Assembly: GCA_043814095.1 (NCBI GenBank)
Contig: JBDRKI010000012.1
Location: 1-33,263 of the forward strand
Source of the DNA: Armatimonadota bacterium
Lineage (GTDB): Bacteria > Vulcanimicrobiota > JACPDS01 > JBDRKI01
DNA: 33,263 bases
Direction: 5' to 3'
Shown: one piece after another, positions 8,486 to 16,860 of the stretch
How the letters are laid out: every line of letters starts with the position of its first letter
How positions within the stretch are numbered: the first letter of the stretch is position 1
Notes under the pieces: generated by a model
What the model saw: only the letters and a program-made list of their open reading frames with translations
Database searches by the model: none
What the model was told of the DNA's origin: nothing
Program-made: the position numbers and the translations under genes

Positions 8486-8753
8486 TTCTAGCCCGGTTAG
8501 AACGACATTCTAACCTTGTTAGAATAGGGATTTTTTAGAGAAAGGCGAAAATATTTTCGCCATAGAATGAACCCTAGAAAAGCGGCTTATTTTTTCTAGG
8601 GCAATACGAAAGTGTTTTCGCCATAGAATGGGCATTATATATTGTTTAATAAAAAAGACAGTGCGAATTCTTAAAAACGCTTTAAATAAATGGTTTTCTA
8701 TGCATAAGAAAGCGTTCTAGGGGGGTTAGAATGCACCATAGAACAGCATAGAA
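8486..8753. repeat. TAGAA/TTCTA motif array in the mnmE-mnmG spacer
   Basis: 13 copies of TAGAA or TTCTA in about 270 bp, including three TTCTA-N7-TAGAA palindromes (8486, 8508, 8715) and a 24-bp direct repeat (8546, 8607). Confidence 0.75.
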
Positions 8754-8767
8754 TGAGGTTGTTGTAA

Positions 8768-10645
8768 ATGATTTTTTCTAAAAAATATGATGTGATAGTA
8801 ATAGGGGCGGGTCATGCGGGCATTGAAGCAGCTCTTGCTTCGGCAAGAATGGGCGCACAGACCCTTATTTTGACTATAAATTTAGATACCATAGCTAAAA
8901 TGGCATGCAATCCTTCTATAGGAGGGCCTGCCAAAGGTCATATTGTAAGGGAAATAGATGCTCTCGGCGGAGAGATGGGTAAGGCAATAGATAGTACGCA
9001 TATACATATAAGGATGCTTAATACCGGAAAAGGGCCTGCGGTACAGGCGTTAAGAGCTCAGGCCGATAAAATTTTGTATGAACAATACATGAAAAATGTG
9101 CTGGAAAATCAAGAAAATTTAGATGTAAAACAAGAGCTTGTAGAAGAACTTATAATAGAAAACAATAAAATAAAAGGCGTTCTAACCCAGAATAAAGTTA
9201 TATATAACTCAGAAGCCGTTGTTGTTACAACAGGGACATTCCTTAACGGATTGATTCATATAGGAGAGAATACTTATTCTGCCGGCAGGGCAGGGGAGTT
9301 TGCGTCCAAAAACCTGTCGGCTTCTCTGGAGAAGGCGGGATTGAAACTGGGCAGACTGAAAACAGGAACTACGGCCAGAATTGACGGCAAGTCAATAGAT
9401 TATTCGGCCGCTATACCGCAGAATCCCGATCCCGTGCCAAGGAATTTTTCTTTTGTAACCCCGAGAGTTATAAGGGGGGAACAGCTTCCGTGCTATCTAA
9501 CCTATACAACGGAAGAAACATATAAAATAATATCGGAAAATATGCATAAATCTCCTATGTTCAGCGGGCAGATAAAAGGGGTAGGGCCCAGATACTGCCC
9601 TTCAATAGAGTCAAAAATTCTGAGATTTCCCGACAAATTAACCCATCAGGTCTTTTTAGAGCCGGAAGGATTAAAAACCAGCGAGGTTTATGTCCAGGGT
9701 ATGTCAACAAGTCTTCCGATGGATATACAGCTGGCTTTTCTAAGGACTATTAAGGGGTTAGAAAAGGTTAGAATGATGCGTCCAGGGTATGCCATAGAAT
9801 ACGATTTTGTTTACCCCACGCAGTTATGGCCGAGCCTGGAAACCAAACAGATAGAAGGCCTGTTCCTAGCGGGACAGATAAACGGGACTTCCGGCTATGA
9901 AGAAGCAGGGGCGCAGGGGTTGATTGCAGGCATAAACGCCGTTAACAGGGCAAGCGGGAAGTCTCCGCTTCTTTTGCAGAGATGGCAGGCCTATATAGGG
10001 GTTCTAATAGACGATCTGGTTACTATGGGCACAGAAGAGCCCTATAGAATGCTTACTTCAAGGGCGGAATACAGACTGCTGTTAAGGCAGGATAACGCGG
10101 ACGAAAGATTAACGGAAATAGGATATAAATGCGGGATTATAGGGCAGGGGAGATACGAAAATTTTAAAGAAAAAATGGAAATAATAAATAAAGAAATAGA
10201 AAAATACAAGAATAAAAGGTTCGGCGCTAAAGATGATCTGGCAAAACATTCTGAGAATTTGAAAACCGAGATTCTGCCCGGGAATTCATATTATGATATA
10301 CTAAAAAGACCGGAAGTCAGAATAACAGATTTAATTAAAAACAGTGAAATTCCCGAAGAGATTCTTGAACAGATAGAGATAAGGGTAAAATATGAAGGAT
10401 ATTTAAAAAGACAGGAACAGCAGGTCAATCAGTTTAAAAAGTTAGAAAATTTAGCAATACCGGAAGAATTCAGCTTTAATGCCCTTATTAATCTTTCGGG
10501 TGAAGCCAAGGAAAAGCTTGAGAAAATAAAGCCGAAATCTATAGGGCAGGCGTCAAGAATCTCGGGAATAACCCCCGCCGATATAAGCGTATTGATGGTA
10601 TATGTTCAAAGATACAGGCAGGAAAATAAATGTAAAATTACATAG
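8768..10645 (+). CDS. mnmG: tRNA uridine 5-carboxymethylaminomethyl modification enzyme
   Basis: GAGHAGIEAA, CNPSIGGPAKG, GPRYCPSIE, GQINGTSGYEEA. Confidence 0.99.
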   Translation: MIFSKKYDVIVIGAGHAGIEAALASARMGAQTLILTINLDTIAKMACNPSIGGPAKGHIVREIDALGGEMGKAIDSTHIHIRMLNTGKGPAVQALRAQADKILYEQYMKNVLENQENLDVKQELVEELIIENNKIKGVLTQNKVIYNSEAVVVTTGTFLNGLIHIGENTYSAGRAGEFASKNLSASLEKAGLKLGRLKTGTTARIDGKSIDYSAAIPQNPDPVPRNFSFVTPRVIRGEQLPCYLTYTTEETYKIISENMHKSPMFSGQIKGVGPRYCPSIESKILRFPDKLTHQVFLEPEGLKTSEVYVQGMSTSLPMDIQLAFLRTIKGLEKVRMMRPGYAIEYDFVYPTQLWPSLETKQIEGLFLAGQINGTSGYEEAGAQGLIAGINAVNRASGKSPLLLQRWQAYIGVLIDDLVTMGTEEPYRMLTSRAEYRLLLRQDNADERLTEIGYKCGIIGQGRYENFKEKMEIINKEIEKYKNKRFGAKDDLAKHSENLKTEILPGNSYYDILKRPEVRITDLIKNSEIPEEILEQIEIRVKYEGYLKRQEQQVNQFKKLENLAIPEEFSFNALINLSGEAKEKLEKIKPKSIGQASRISGITPADISVLMVYVQRYRQENKCKIT

Positions 10646-10714
10646 AAATAGTAATTTTCTATGCTTAATTAACCTCTTCTATGGGGTTAGAACAGGTTAG
10701 AATGAGGGTTAGAA
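10643..10714. repeat. TAGAA/TTCTA motif array in the mnmG-rsmG spacer
   Basis: Six copies in 72 bp, including three tandem GGTTAGAA at 10- and 12-bp spacing. Confidence 0.75.
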
Positions 10715-10717
10715 TGT

Positions 10718-11395
10718 ATGGACTGCGAAAAGATAAGAAAAGAAATTGAAGAAAGAATAGGAATATTCATACCGGAAGAGAGAGCTATATTAATTAACAA
10801 ATATATAAATTGCATATATAACGAGAACAAGCTTTACAATCTAACCGGATTTAAAACAAAGGAAGAGATTTTTGAGAATCTTATAATAGATTCCCTGTTT
10901 ATTTTTAAAATAAAGCTTCCTATTTCAAATAAAAGACTACTTGATATCGGCTCAGGGGCGGGCATACCCGGGATTCCCATAAAGCTGGTTGATCAAAGCG
11001 TTTTTGTTTCTGCGGTGGAGTCAAATCAAAAAAAGTTCAATTTTATAAAAAGATTCATAGATGAAAACAATATTGAAAACGCAAGGACAACAAATAAAAG
11101 AATAGAAGATATCGCCCGGGACCGCAGAGAGAAGAAAAAAATCGGCAGTTTTGATATCGCGACCGCCAGAGCCGTAGTCTCTTTGGGTAAGTGTCTGGAA
11201 TACGCGTCCCCGTTTTTAAAAAATGGAGGCGTATTTGTCGCATATAAAGGAAAAAAATTCGAAGAGGAATTAAGAGACGCGTCAAAATGCATCAAAAAAT
11301 TAAATTTTGACATGACGGAACTGATCAAGATAGAAAACACGGAAAAAAAGATAGCGGTTTTCAGAAAAAAGAAGGAATTTGCGGAAAAATTATAG
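10718..11395 (+). CDS. rsmG: 16S rRNA m7G527 methyltransferase
   Basis: YNLTG, LDIGSGAGIPGIP, ATARAV. Confidence 0.95.
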   Translation: MDCEKIRKEIEERIGIFIPEERAILINKYINCIYNENKLYNLTGFKTKEEIFENLIIDSLFIFKIKLPISNKRLLDIGSGAGIPGIPIKLVDQSVFVSAVESNQKKFNFIKRFIDENNIENARTTNKRIEDIARDRREKKKIGSFDIATARAVVSLGKCLEYASPFLKNGGVFVAYKGKKFEEELRDASKCIKKLNFDMTELIKIENTEKKIAVFRKKKEFAEKL

Positions 11396-11397
11396 AA

Positions 11398-11413
11398 TGT
11401 TTCACGGGAAACA
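11398..11413. other. parS site
   Basis: TGTTTCACGGGAAACA, one mismatch to TGTTTCACGTGAAACA, upstream of parA. Confidence 0.9.
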
Positions 11414-11437
11414 ATTTAATTTTGTTTCAGGGAAGAA

Positions 11438-11453
11438 TGTTTCACGTAGAACA
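11438..11453. other. parS site, degenerate
   Basis: TGTTTCACGTAGAACA, 40 bp downstream of the first site. Confidence 0.75.
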
Positions 11454-11474
11454 TTTTGATTTCAGGGGGATTTT

Positions 11475-12296
11475 ATGAATAATGTATGGGTTATTGCGAA
11501 CCAGAAGGGCGGGGTGGGCAAGACAACAACGGCTGTAAACTTGTCCGCGTCGCTCGCAGAGCACGGCAAGAAAGTCCTTATAATAGACATGGATCCACAG
11601 GGCAATGCCACGAGCGGGGTTGGCTTAAATAGAAAAGGCCTTGAAAAGTGCATCTATGATGTTTTAACCGACAGAAAGCCGCTAAGAGAAGTTATAGCTC
11701 CCACAGAAATTAATAATTTATATATTGCTCCGGCCACAATAAAGCTTGCCGGGGCTGAGGTTGAGCTTGTTTCGGCTTTTTCCAGGGAAAACAGGTTAAG
11801 GTCTGCGCTAGAAAAACTTCAGAAGAATGAGCAGGAAAAATACGACTATATTTTTATTGATTGTCCTCCTTCCCTGGGGGTTCTTACGGTAAACAGTTTA
11901 ACCGCGGCCGCGAAGGCCCTGATACCCATACAGTGCGAGTATTATGCCCTGGAGGGTCTCGGACAACTTATGAATATTGTCAACCTGATAAAAGAAAGAC
12001 TGAACGGCGATATAGAAGTCGGGGGAGTACTACTTACAATGTTTGATATAAGGACTAATCTGTCCTCTCAGGTGGCCGAAGAAGTCAAGAAATATTTTAA
12101 AGATAAAGTATACAAGGCAATTATACCCAGAAATGTCAGGATCAGCGAGTCTCCCAGTTTCGGGAAACCAGTTGTGCTGTATGACAGGGAATCAAAGGGA
12201 TCTCAGGCGTACTTAGATTTAGCAAAGGAAGTGATAGGCAATGAGCAAAAAAGTATTGGGCAAGGGTCTGTCGGCGCTTATTCCGGAACGAATTGA
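11475..12296 (+). CDS. parA: chromosome partitioning ATPase ParA/Soj
   Basis: NQKGGVGKTTT, DMDPQGNATSG, IDCPPSLG, PIQCEYYALEG. Confidence 0.98.
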   Translation: MNNVWVIANQKGGVGKTTTAVNLSASLAEHGKKVLIIDMDPQGNATSGVGLNRKGLEKCIYDVLTDRKPLREVIAPTEINNLYIAPATIKLAGAEVELVSAFSRENRLRSALEKLQKNEQEKYDYIFIDCPPSLGVLTVNSLTAAAKALIPIQCEYYALEGLGQLMNIVNLIKERLNGDIEVGGVLLTMFDIRTNLSSQVAEEVKKYFKDKVYKAIIPRNVRISESPSFGKPVVLYDRESKGSQAYLDLAKEVIGNEQKSIGQGSVGAYSGTN

Positions 12297-13143
12297 AGAA
12301 AAGGGCAGAGAAGAAAAAATAGCATATATACCCATAGAAAAAATAGCCGCGAATTCCTCGCAGCCGAGAAAAACATTTGCTCCGGAAAAATTAAAAGAGC
12401 TGGTGGATTCAATAAGGGAAAACGGAATAATCCAGCCGGTTGTGGTTGTGCAGAAACTGGATAAATACGAGCTGGTAGTAGGGGAGAGGCGCTATAGAGC
12501 AGCTAAAGAGCTGGGGTTAAAGGATCTCCCGTGCATAGTTAAAAAGGGCATGAGCAGATGCCAGACCATGGAAACTGCCTTGATTGAGAATATACAGAGG
12601 GAAGACTTAAATCCCATAGAAGAAGCCATGGCATACCACTACCTTATAAAAGAGCATTCTCTTACGCATGAATATATCGCGAAAAAAGTCGGCAAGAGCA
12701 GGCCTGTTATAACCAATGCCCTGCGTTTACTTGCTCTCCCTCCGGACATGAGAAACGACATTGCTTCAAGCATCGTATCCGAAGGACACGCGCGGCTTGT
12801 TCTATCCGTTGATGACGAGAAGGTAAAGCAAATTATATGGAATAAGATAAAAGAGAAGTTTCTTTCCGTAAGACAGACGGAGAATCTTATAGAAAATATG
12901 ATTAAAGAGACAGACGGTAAAAAACGTTTACCCAAAAAAGAATCCGCGGATGTTCTGCATATAGAAAATGAGCTTACGGAGGCACTGGCAACAAAAGTTA
13001 AGATAAAATTAAAAAGCAAAAACAAAGGAAAAATAGAAATTAACTTTAATAATTCCGAAGAGCTTGAAAGACTGCTGGAACTGCTTACTTATTTACAGGA
13101 AAAAGGCAGCAGCAGGCAGATCTTAAACGAGAGCCTGCTTTAA
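12241..13143 (+). CDS. parB: chromosome partitioning protein ParB/Spo0J
   Basis: LGKGLSALI, QPRKTF, GERRYRA, ENIQREDLNPIEEA. Confidence 0.98.
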   Translation: MSKKVLGKGLSALIPERIEEKGREEKIAYIPIEKIAANSSQPRKTFAPEKLKELVDSIRENGIIQPVVVVQKLDKYELVVGERRYRAAKELGLKDLPCIVKKGMSRCQTMETALIENIQREDLNPIEEAMAYHYLIKEHSLTHEYIAKKVGKSRPVITNALRLLALPPDMRNDIASSIVSEGHARLVLSVDDEKVKQIIWNKIKEKFLSVRQTENLIENMIKETDGKKRLPKKESADVLHIENELTEALATKVKIKLKSKNKGKIEINFNNSEELERLLELLTYLQEKGSSRQILNESLL

Positions 13144-13328
13144 GGGTTAGAACGGCATAGAAAATCCTTAAAAATAAGGAAAAATTAAACATATAGAATG
13201 TATTGTTCTAACCTGTTATATAGGGTTAGAACGTGTTAGAAAATGTTTAAAAATAAGGTTTTTTTGTTTTTTTGTAAAAAACAAAAACTGTTTTGACATA
13301 GAAAATCATTATTTTAAATGGTTTTCTA
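13143..13328. repeat. TAGAA/TTCTA motif array with a 37-bp direct repeat in the parB-dnaX spacer
   Basis: Eight copies; 13143-13179 vs 13222-13258 are 32/37 identical. Confidence 0.75.
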
Positions 13329-13350
13329 ACTCAACATAGTAAGAAAGGCG

Positions 13351-14934
13351 TTGGTTAAGATGGGTCATATTTCATTATTTAGAAAATACCGGCCTATGAA
13401 TTTTGAAGAGCTTGTAGGCCAGGAACATATTACAAAAACACTGAAGAATGCTCTTGAGGCCCGGAGAATAGGACACGCTTATTTATTCTGCGGCCCGAGA
13501 GGGACCGGGAAAACTTCCAGCGCGAGAATTTTTGCTAAGGCTTTAAACTGCGATAAGGGCATAACTCCTTCCCCCTGCAATAAATGTGATATGTGTATTT
13601 CAATAAATAACGGGTCGGCTCTTGATATAATAGAGTTGGACGCCGCGTCTAACACACAGGTTGATAAGGTAAGGGAATTTATTATACAGAAAGTTTCTTT
13701 TGCCCCAACAAGAGGGAGATACAAGGCTTACATAATAGACGAAGTTCATAAGCTCTCAGACGCGTCCTTTAACGCTCTTTTAAAAACACTGGAAGAGCCT
13801 CCGAAGCATACTATATTTATACTGGCAACAACGCACCCTCACGAACTCCTGCCCACTATTTTATCAAGATGCCAGAGATTTGACTTTAAAAGAATCACGC
13901 AGACAGAAATTACAAGCTATTTAAGAAAAGTTGCCGATGACGAGAAGCTCAAGATAGAGGAAGGGGCGCTGGGTTTAATTGCCGGGCATTCCGAAGGGTC
14001 CCTGCGCGACGCAATGGTAATACTGGAACAGCTTTTCTCTTATGCTTCAACAGATATAAAGGCAAGCCATGTGAGCGAACTGCTGGGGCTTACAGACTCT
14101 GAGGTGTTGTTTGATTTTTCGGATGTTCTCGCGCAGAACGATACCGTAAGGGCCCTTGAATTAGTGGATGAACTTGTTTCAAAGGGCTCGGACATAGAAA
14201 AATTGGGGCAGGAGCTTATAGAGTTTTACAGGCGCCTTCTTGTCGCTAAAGTTTCATATGACAAAATTTTAAATGAATTCGGGGAAGATTACGTAAATAA
14301 AATAAAAGAACATGCCGGCCGGTATTCCGCGACGCGCATTATGAATATACTTAAAATACTGATAGATTTAAAGTCCAGGATTAAAGACACTTCAATAAAC
14401 AGAATATTGTGGGAGATGGCTATTGTTAAAATTACAAAATGGGAGACAGAGCCCAGTCTTGATAAAATGGCCGAAAGACTCACAAAGCTGGAAGAAGCAG
14501 TTAAGAACATAAGCCCGCAGAATATTAAAGAAGAAAAAAAAGAAATCGCGAAAAAGGCCGCCGCGGAATCCCGGCTGGTGAAAGCGGCCAAAGAAAAGGA
14601 GCCTTGTTCTGAAAAAATTAAAGACGTATTGGGGGAAGACGAATGGCAGAGAATAATGCAGGTTGTTAAAAAAGAAAAAGTATCCCTTTATGCCATTCTG
14701 GTTGAAGCAAAGCCCCTGTTTGACGGGAATAAAGTAAAACTTAATTTTAAAAAAGGATACGACTTTCATAAGGACAAAGCGCTGGAAAGCAAAAATTATC
14801 TGGCGGAGATTATTGAGAAACATCTCCAGAAAAATATAGGGATAGAGGCGGCGGTAACGGAGGAAAAAGACGAGGACGCCGAGGATAACCAGCACACCCA
14901 GCTTGTTAAAGACGTGATGGATGTTTTCGGATAA
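13351..14934 (+). CDS. dnaX: DNA polymerase III gamma/tau (start may be ATG 13360)
   Basis: RKYRP..F..LVGQ, GPRGTGKTS, ELDAASN, NALLKTLEEPP, SRCQRFDF. Confidence 0.97.
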   Translation: MVKMGHISLFRKYRPMNFEELVGQEHITKTLKNALEARRIGHAYLFCGPRGTGKTSSARIFAKALNCDKGITPSPCNKCDMCISINNGSALDIIELDAASNTQVDKVREFIIQKVSFAPTRGRYKAYIIDEVHKLSDASFNALLKTLEEPPKHTIFILATTHPHELLPTILSRCQRFDFKRITQTEITSYLRKVADDEKLKIEEGALGLIAGHSEGSLRDAMVILEQLFSYASTDIKASHVSELLGLTDSEVLFDFSDVLAQNDTVRALELVDELVSKGSDIEKLGQELIEFYRRLLVAKVSYDKILNEFGEDYVNKIKEHAGRYSATRIMNILKILIDLKSRIKDTSINRILWEMAIVKITKWETEPSLDKMAERLTKLEEAVKNISPQNIKEEKKEIAKKAAAESRLVKAAKEKEPCSEKIKDVLGEDEWQRIMQVVKKEKVSLYAILVEAKPLFDGNKVKLNFKKGYDFHKDKALESKNYLAEIIEKHLQKNIGIEAAVTEEKDEDAEDNQHTQLVKDVMDVFG

Positions 14935-14966
14935 TTAAAAATAATCATTAATTTCAGGAGGAGAAA

Positions 14967-15275
14967 TTGAAAAAGAAGATTTTAAAAAACATGCAGAAAA
15001 AAATGCAGGATACAATCACCCAGATGCAGGACGACCTGGGCTCTGAAATTGTTGAAGGAGTTGCCGGGGACGGCAGCGTTAAAGTTACGGTTAACGGAAA
15101 ACAGGAACTGCTCTCTATAAAGATTGATCCCGAGATAGTAAGCAAAGACGAAGTTGACATACTGGAAGATCTGATAATGGTCGCCATAAATGACGGCATG
15201 AAAAAGTCCCAGGAGCTGGGCATGGAGAAAATGAGCCAGCTTACGGGCGGCCTGAATATACCGGGATTATTTTAA
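14967..15275 (+). CDS. ybaB: YbaB/EbfC nucleoid-associated protein
   Basis: G.VKVTVNG, LEDLIMVAIND, terminal GGLNIPGLF; synteny with dnaX-recR; AGGAGG RBS. Confidence 0.95.
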   Translation: MKKKILKNMQKKMQDTITQMQDDLGSEIVEGVAGDGSVKVTVNGKQELLSIKIDPEIVSKDEVDILEDLIMVAINDGMKKSQELGMEKMSQLTGGLNIPGLF

Positions 15276-15279
15276 TAAT

Positions 15280-15879
15280 ATGAATATACTGGCAGAACCC
15301 ATAAGAAAATTAGTTAACGAACTTGTTAAGCTGCCGGGCATAGGTCCGAAAACGGCCCAGCGGCTGGCTTTGTATATGGTTAAGACGAGTCCCCATGACT
15401 GCGAAGAGCTCGCGTACAGCATAATAAGTCTTAAGTCCAAGATAAAGCAGTGCGGGCAGTGCTTCAGCTTTACCGATAAAGATATATGCGATATCTGCAG
15501 CGAAGACTCTCGGGCAAAAGAGATGCTATGTGTAGTCGCGGAGCCCCAGGATATGTTTGTGGTGGAAAAATGTAAGGAGCACAAAGGGCTTTACCATGTG
15601 CTCGGCGGCCTTATATCCCCAATGGACGGGATAGGTCCCGATCAGCTTAAGGTAAAAGAGCTTCTTGCCAGAATTGAAAAAGAAAATATCAAGGAAGTCA
15701 TAATCGCCGTAAACTCTAATGTGCAGGGAGAGGCAACGGCAATGTATCTCGGCAGGATTATAAAGCCCATGGGGGTTAAAGTTACAAGGCTGGCCTCGGG
15801 CATACCCATGGGCGCGGACATAGAATATGCGGATGAATATACCATAGCGAGAGCTTTTGAAGGAAGAAGGGAATGTTAA
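15280..15879 (+). CDS. recR: recombination mediator RecR
   Basis: LPGIGPKTAQRLA, C4 zinc finger, YHVLGGLISPMDGIGP. Confidence 0.98.
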   Translation: MNILAEPIRKLVNELVKLPGIGPKTAQRLALYMVKTSPHDCEELAYSIISLKSKIKQCGQCFSFTDKDICDICSEDSRAKEMLCVVAEPQDMFVVEKCKEHKGLYHVLGGLISPMDGIGPDQLKVKELLARIEKENIKEVIIAVNSNVQGEATAMYLGRIIKPMGVKVTRLASGIPMGADIEYADEYTIARAFEGRREC

Positions 15880-15911
15880 AAGCAGAAACAGGTTAATTAA
15901 AATCAAGCAGT

Positions 15912-15948
15912 AAAATTTTTATCCCGCGTCAACGGGATAAAAATTTTT
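15912..15948 (+). terminator. intrinsic terminator after recR
   Basis: TTTTATCCCG-cgtcaa-CGGGATAAAA hairpin with T tail. Confidence 0.6.
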
Positions 15949-15964
15949 CAAGAGGTTTGAAAAT

Positions 15965-16759
15965 ATGCTGAAAAAAAGATTTGGTCAAAATCTTTTAACC
16001 AATAAAGCCATATTGCAGCAGATTGCAGAAGCAACAGGGGCGGGCAAAGACGATGCCGTGATAGAAATAGGGGCAGGCGCGGGCGCCCTTACGAAAGAGC
16101 TTGCCGCGCTTGCCGCGCGCGTTTTTGCTTTTGAGATAGACAGAGATTTTTATCCCGCGCTTGAAGGCATGGAAAAAGATTACCCCGGCCTGGAATTAAT
16201 AAAAGCAGATTTTCTAAATTATGATTTAGAAAATCTGCTGGACGGTATAAACGGGAAAGCGATTCTGGCGGGCAATATCCCTTATAATATTACAACCCCG
16301 ATTATCAGCAAAATTTTTCAAAAAGAGACATTAAATAAGCTGAAAACAATTGTAATTATGACCCAGCTTGAATATGCCCTGAGGCTAACCGCCGGACCAT
16401 CAACCAAACAGTACGGTTCTATTACATTGTTTGTTAATTATTACGCGGACGTGGAGATTGTAAGGAAGGTGTCAAAAGGGAATTTTAAGCCCGTGCCCAA
16501 AGTGGATTCCGCGGTTTTAAAAATTACACCGCTTTCCGGGCCAAGATATAGATGCAGCGAAGAAACATTGTTTAAGATTATAAGGGCGTCATTCTCGCAG
16601 AGGAGAAAGAAAATAATAAACAGCCTGGCAAATTCAGGGATTGCAGAAAGCAAAGAAAAACTCCTGGATATATTTAAAAAAGCGGGGATAAGTCCAGATG
16701 CCAGGGCGGAAAATCTGTCCATGGAAGACTATGTCAAATTAACTCAAAACTTTATTTGA
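15965..16759 (+). CDS. rsmA: 16S rRNA m6,2A dimethyltransferase KsgA
   Basis: KKRFGQNLL, EIGAGAGALT, GNIPYNITTP, PVPKVDSAV. Confidence 0.97.
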   Translation: MLKKRFGQNLLTNKAILQQIAEATGAGKDDAVIEIGAGAGALTKELAALAARVFAFEIDRDFYPALEGMEKDYPGLELIKADFLNYDLENLLDGINGKAILAGNIPYNITTPIISKIFQKETLNKLKTIVIMTQLEYALRLTAGPSTKQYGSITLFVNYYADVEIVRKVSKGNFKPVPKVDSAVLKITPLSGPRYRCSEETLFKIIRASFSQRRKKIINSLANSGIAESKEKLLDIFKKAGISPDARAENLSMEDYVKLTQNFI

Positions 16760-16783
16760 CTTTTTAAATGAGCATTGTATAAT
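16756..16783 (+). promoter_or_regulatory. sigma70-type promoter for the LCP gene
   Basis: TTGACT-N16-TATAAT. Confidence 0.6.
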
Positions 16784-16860
16784 ATGCTTGAAATAATTAA
16801 AGTTACATATATACATATATGTATATATACGGAGTAATGTATAAGATAGGGCAGTAAAAA

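Noticed and set aside
8486-8753. TAGAA arrays as a CRISPR array
   Set aside because: No constant-length repeat with unique spacers and no cas genes
12241-12296. 56-bp parA/parB overlap as a frameshift or pseudogene
   Set aside because: Both proteins are complete; such overlaps are common in parAB operons
13144-13350. SRP RNA (ffs) upstream of dnaX
   Set aside because: No SRP domain IV motif; the spacer is AT-rich
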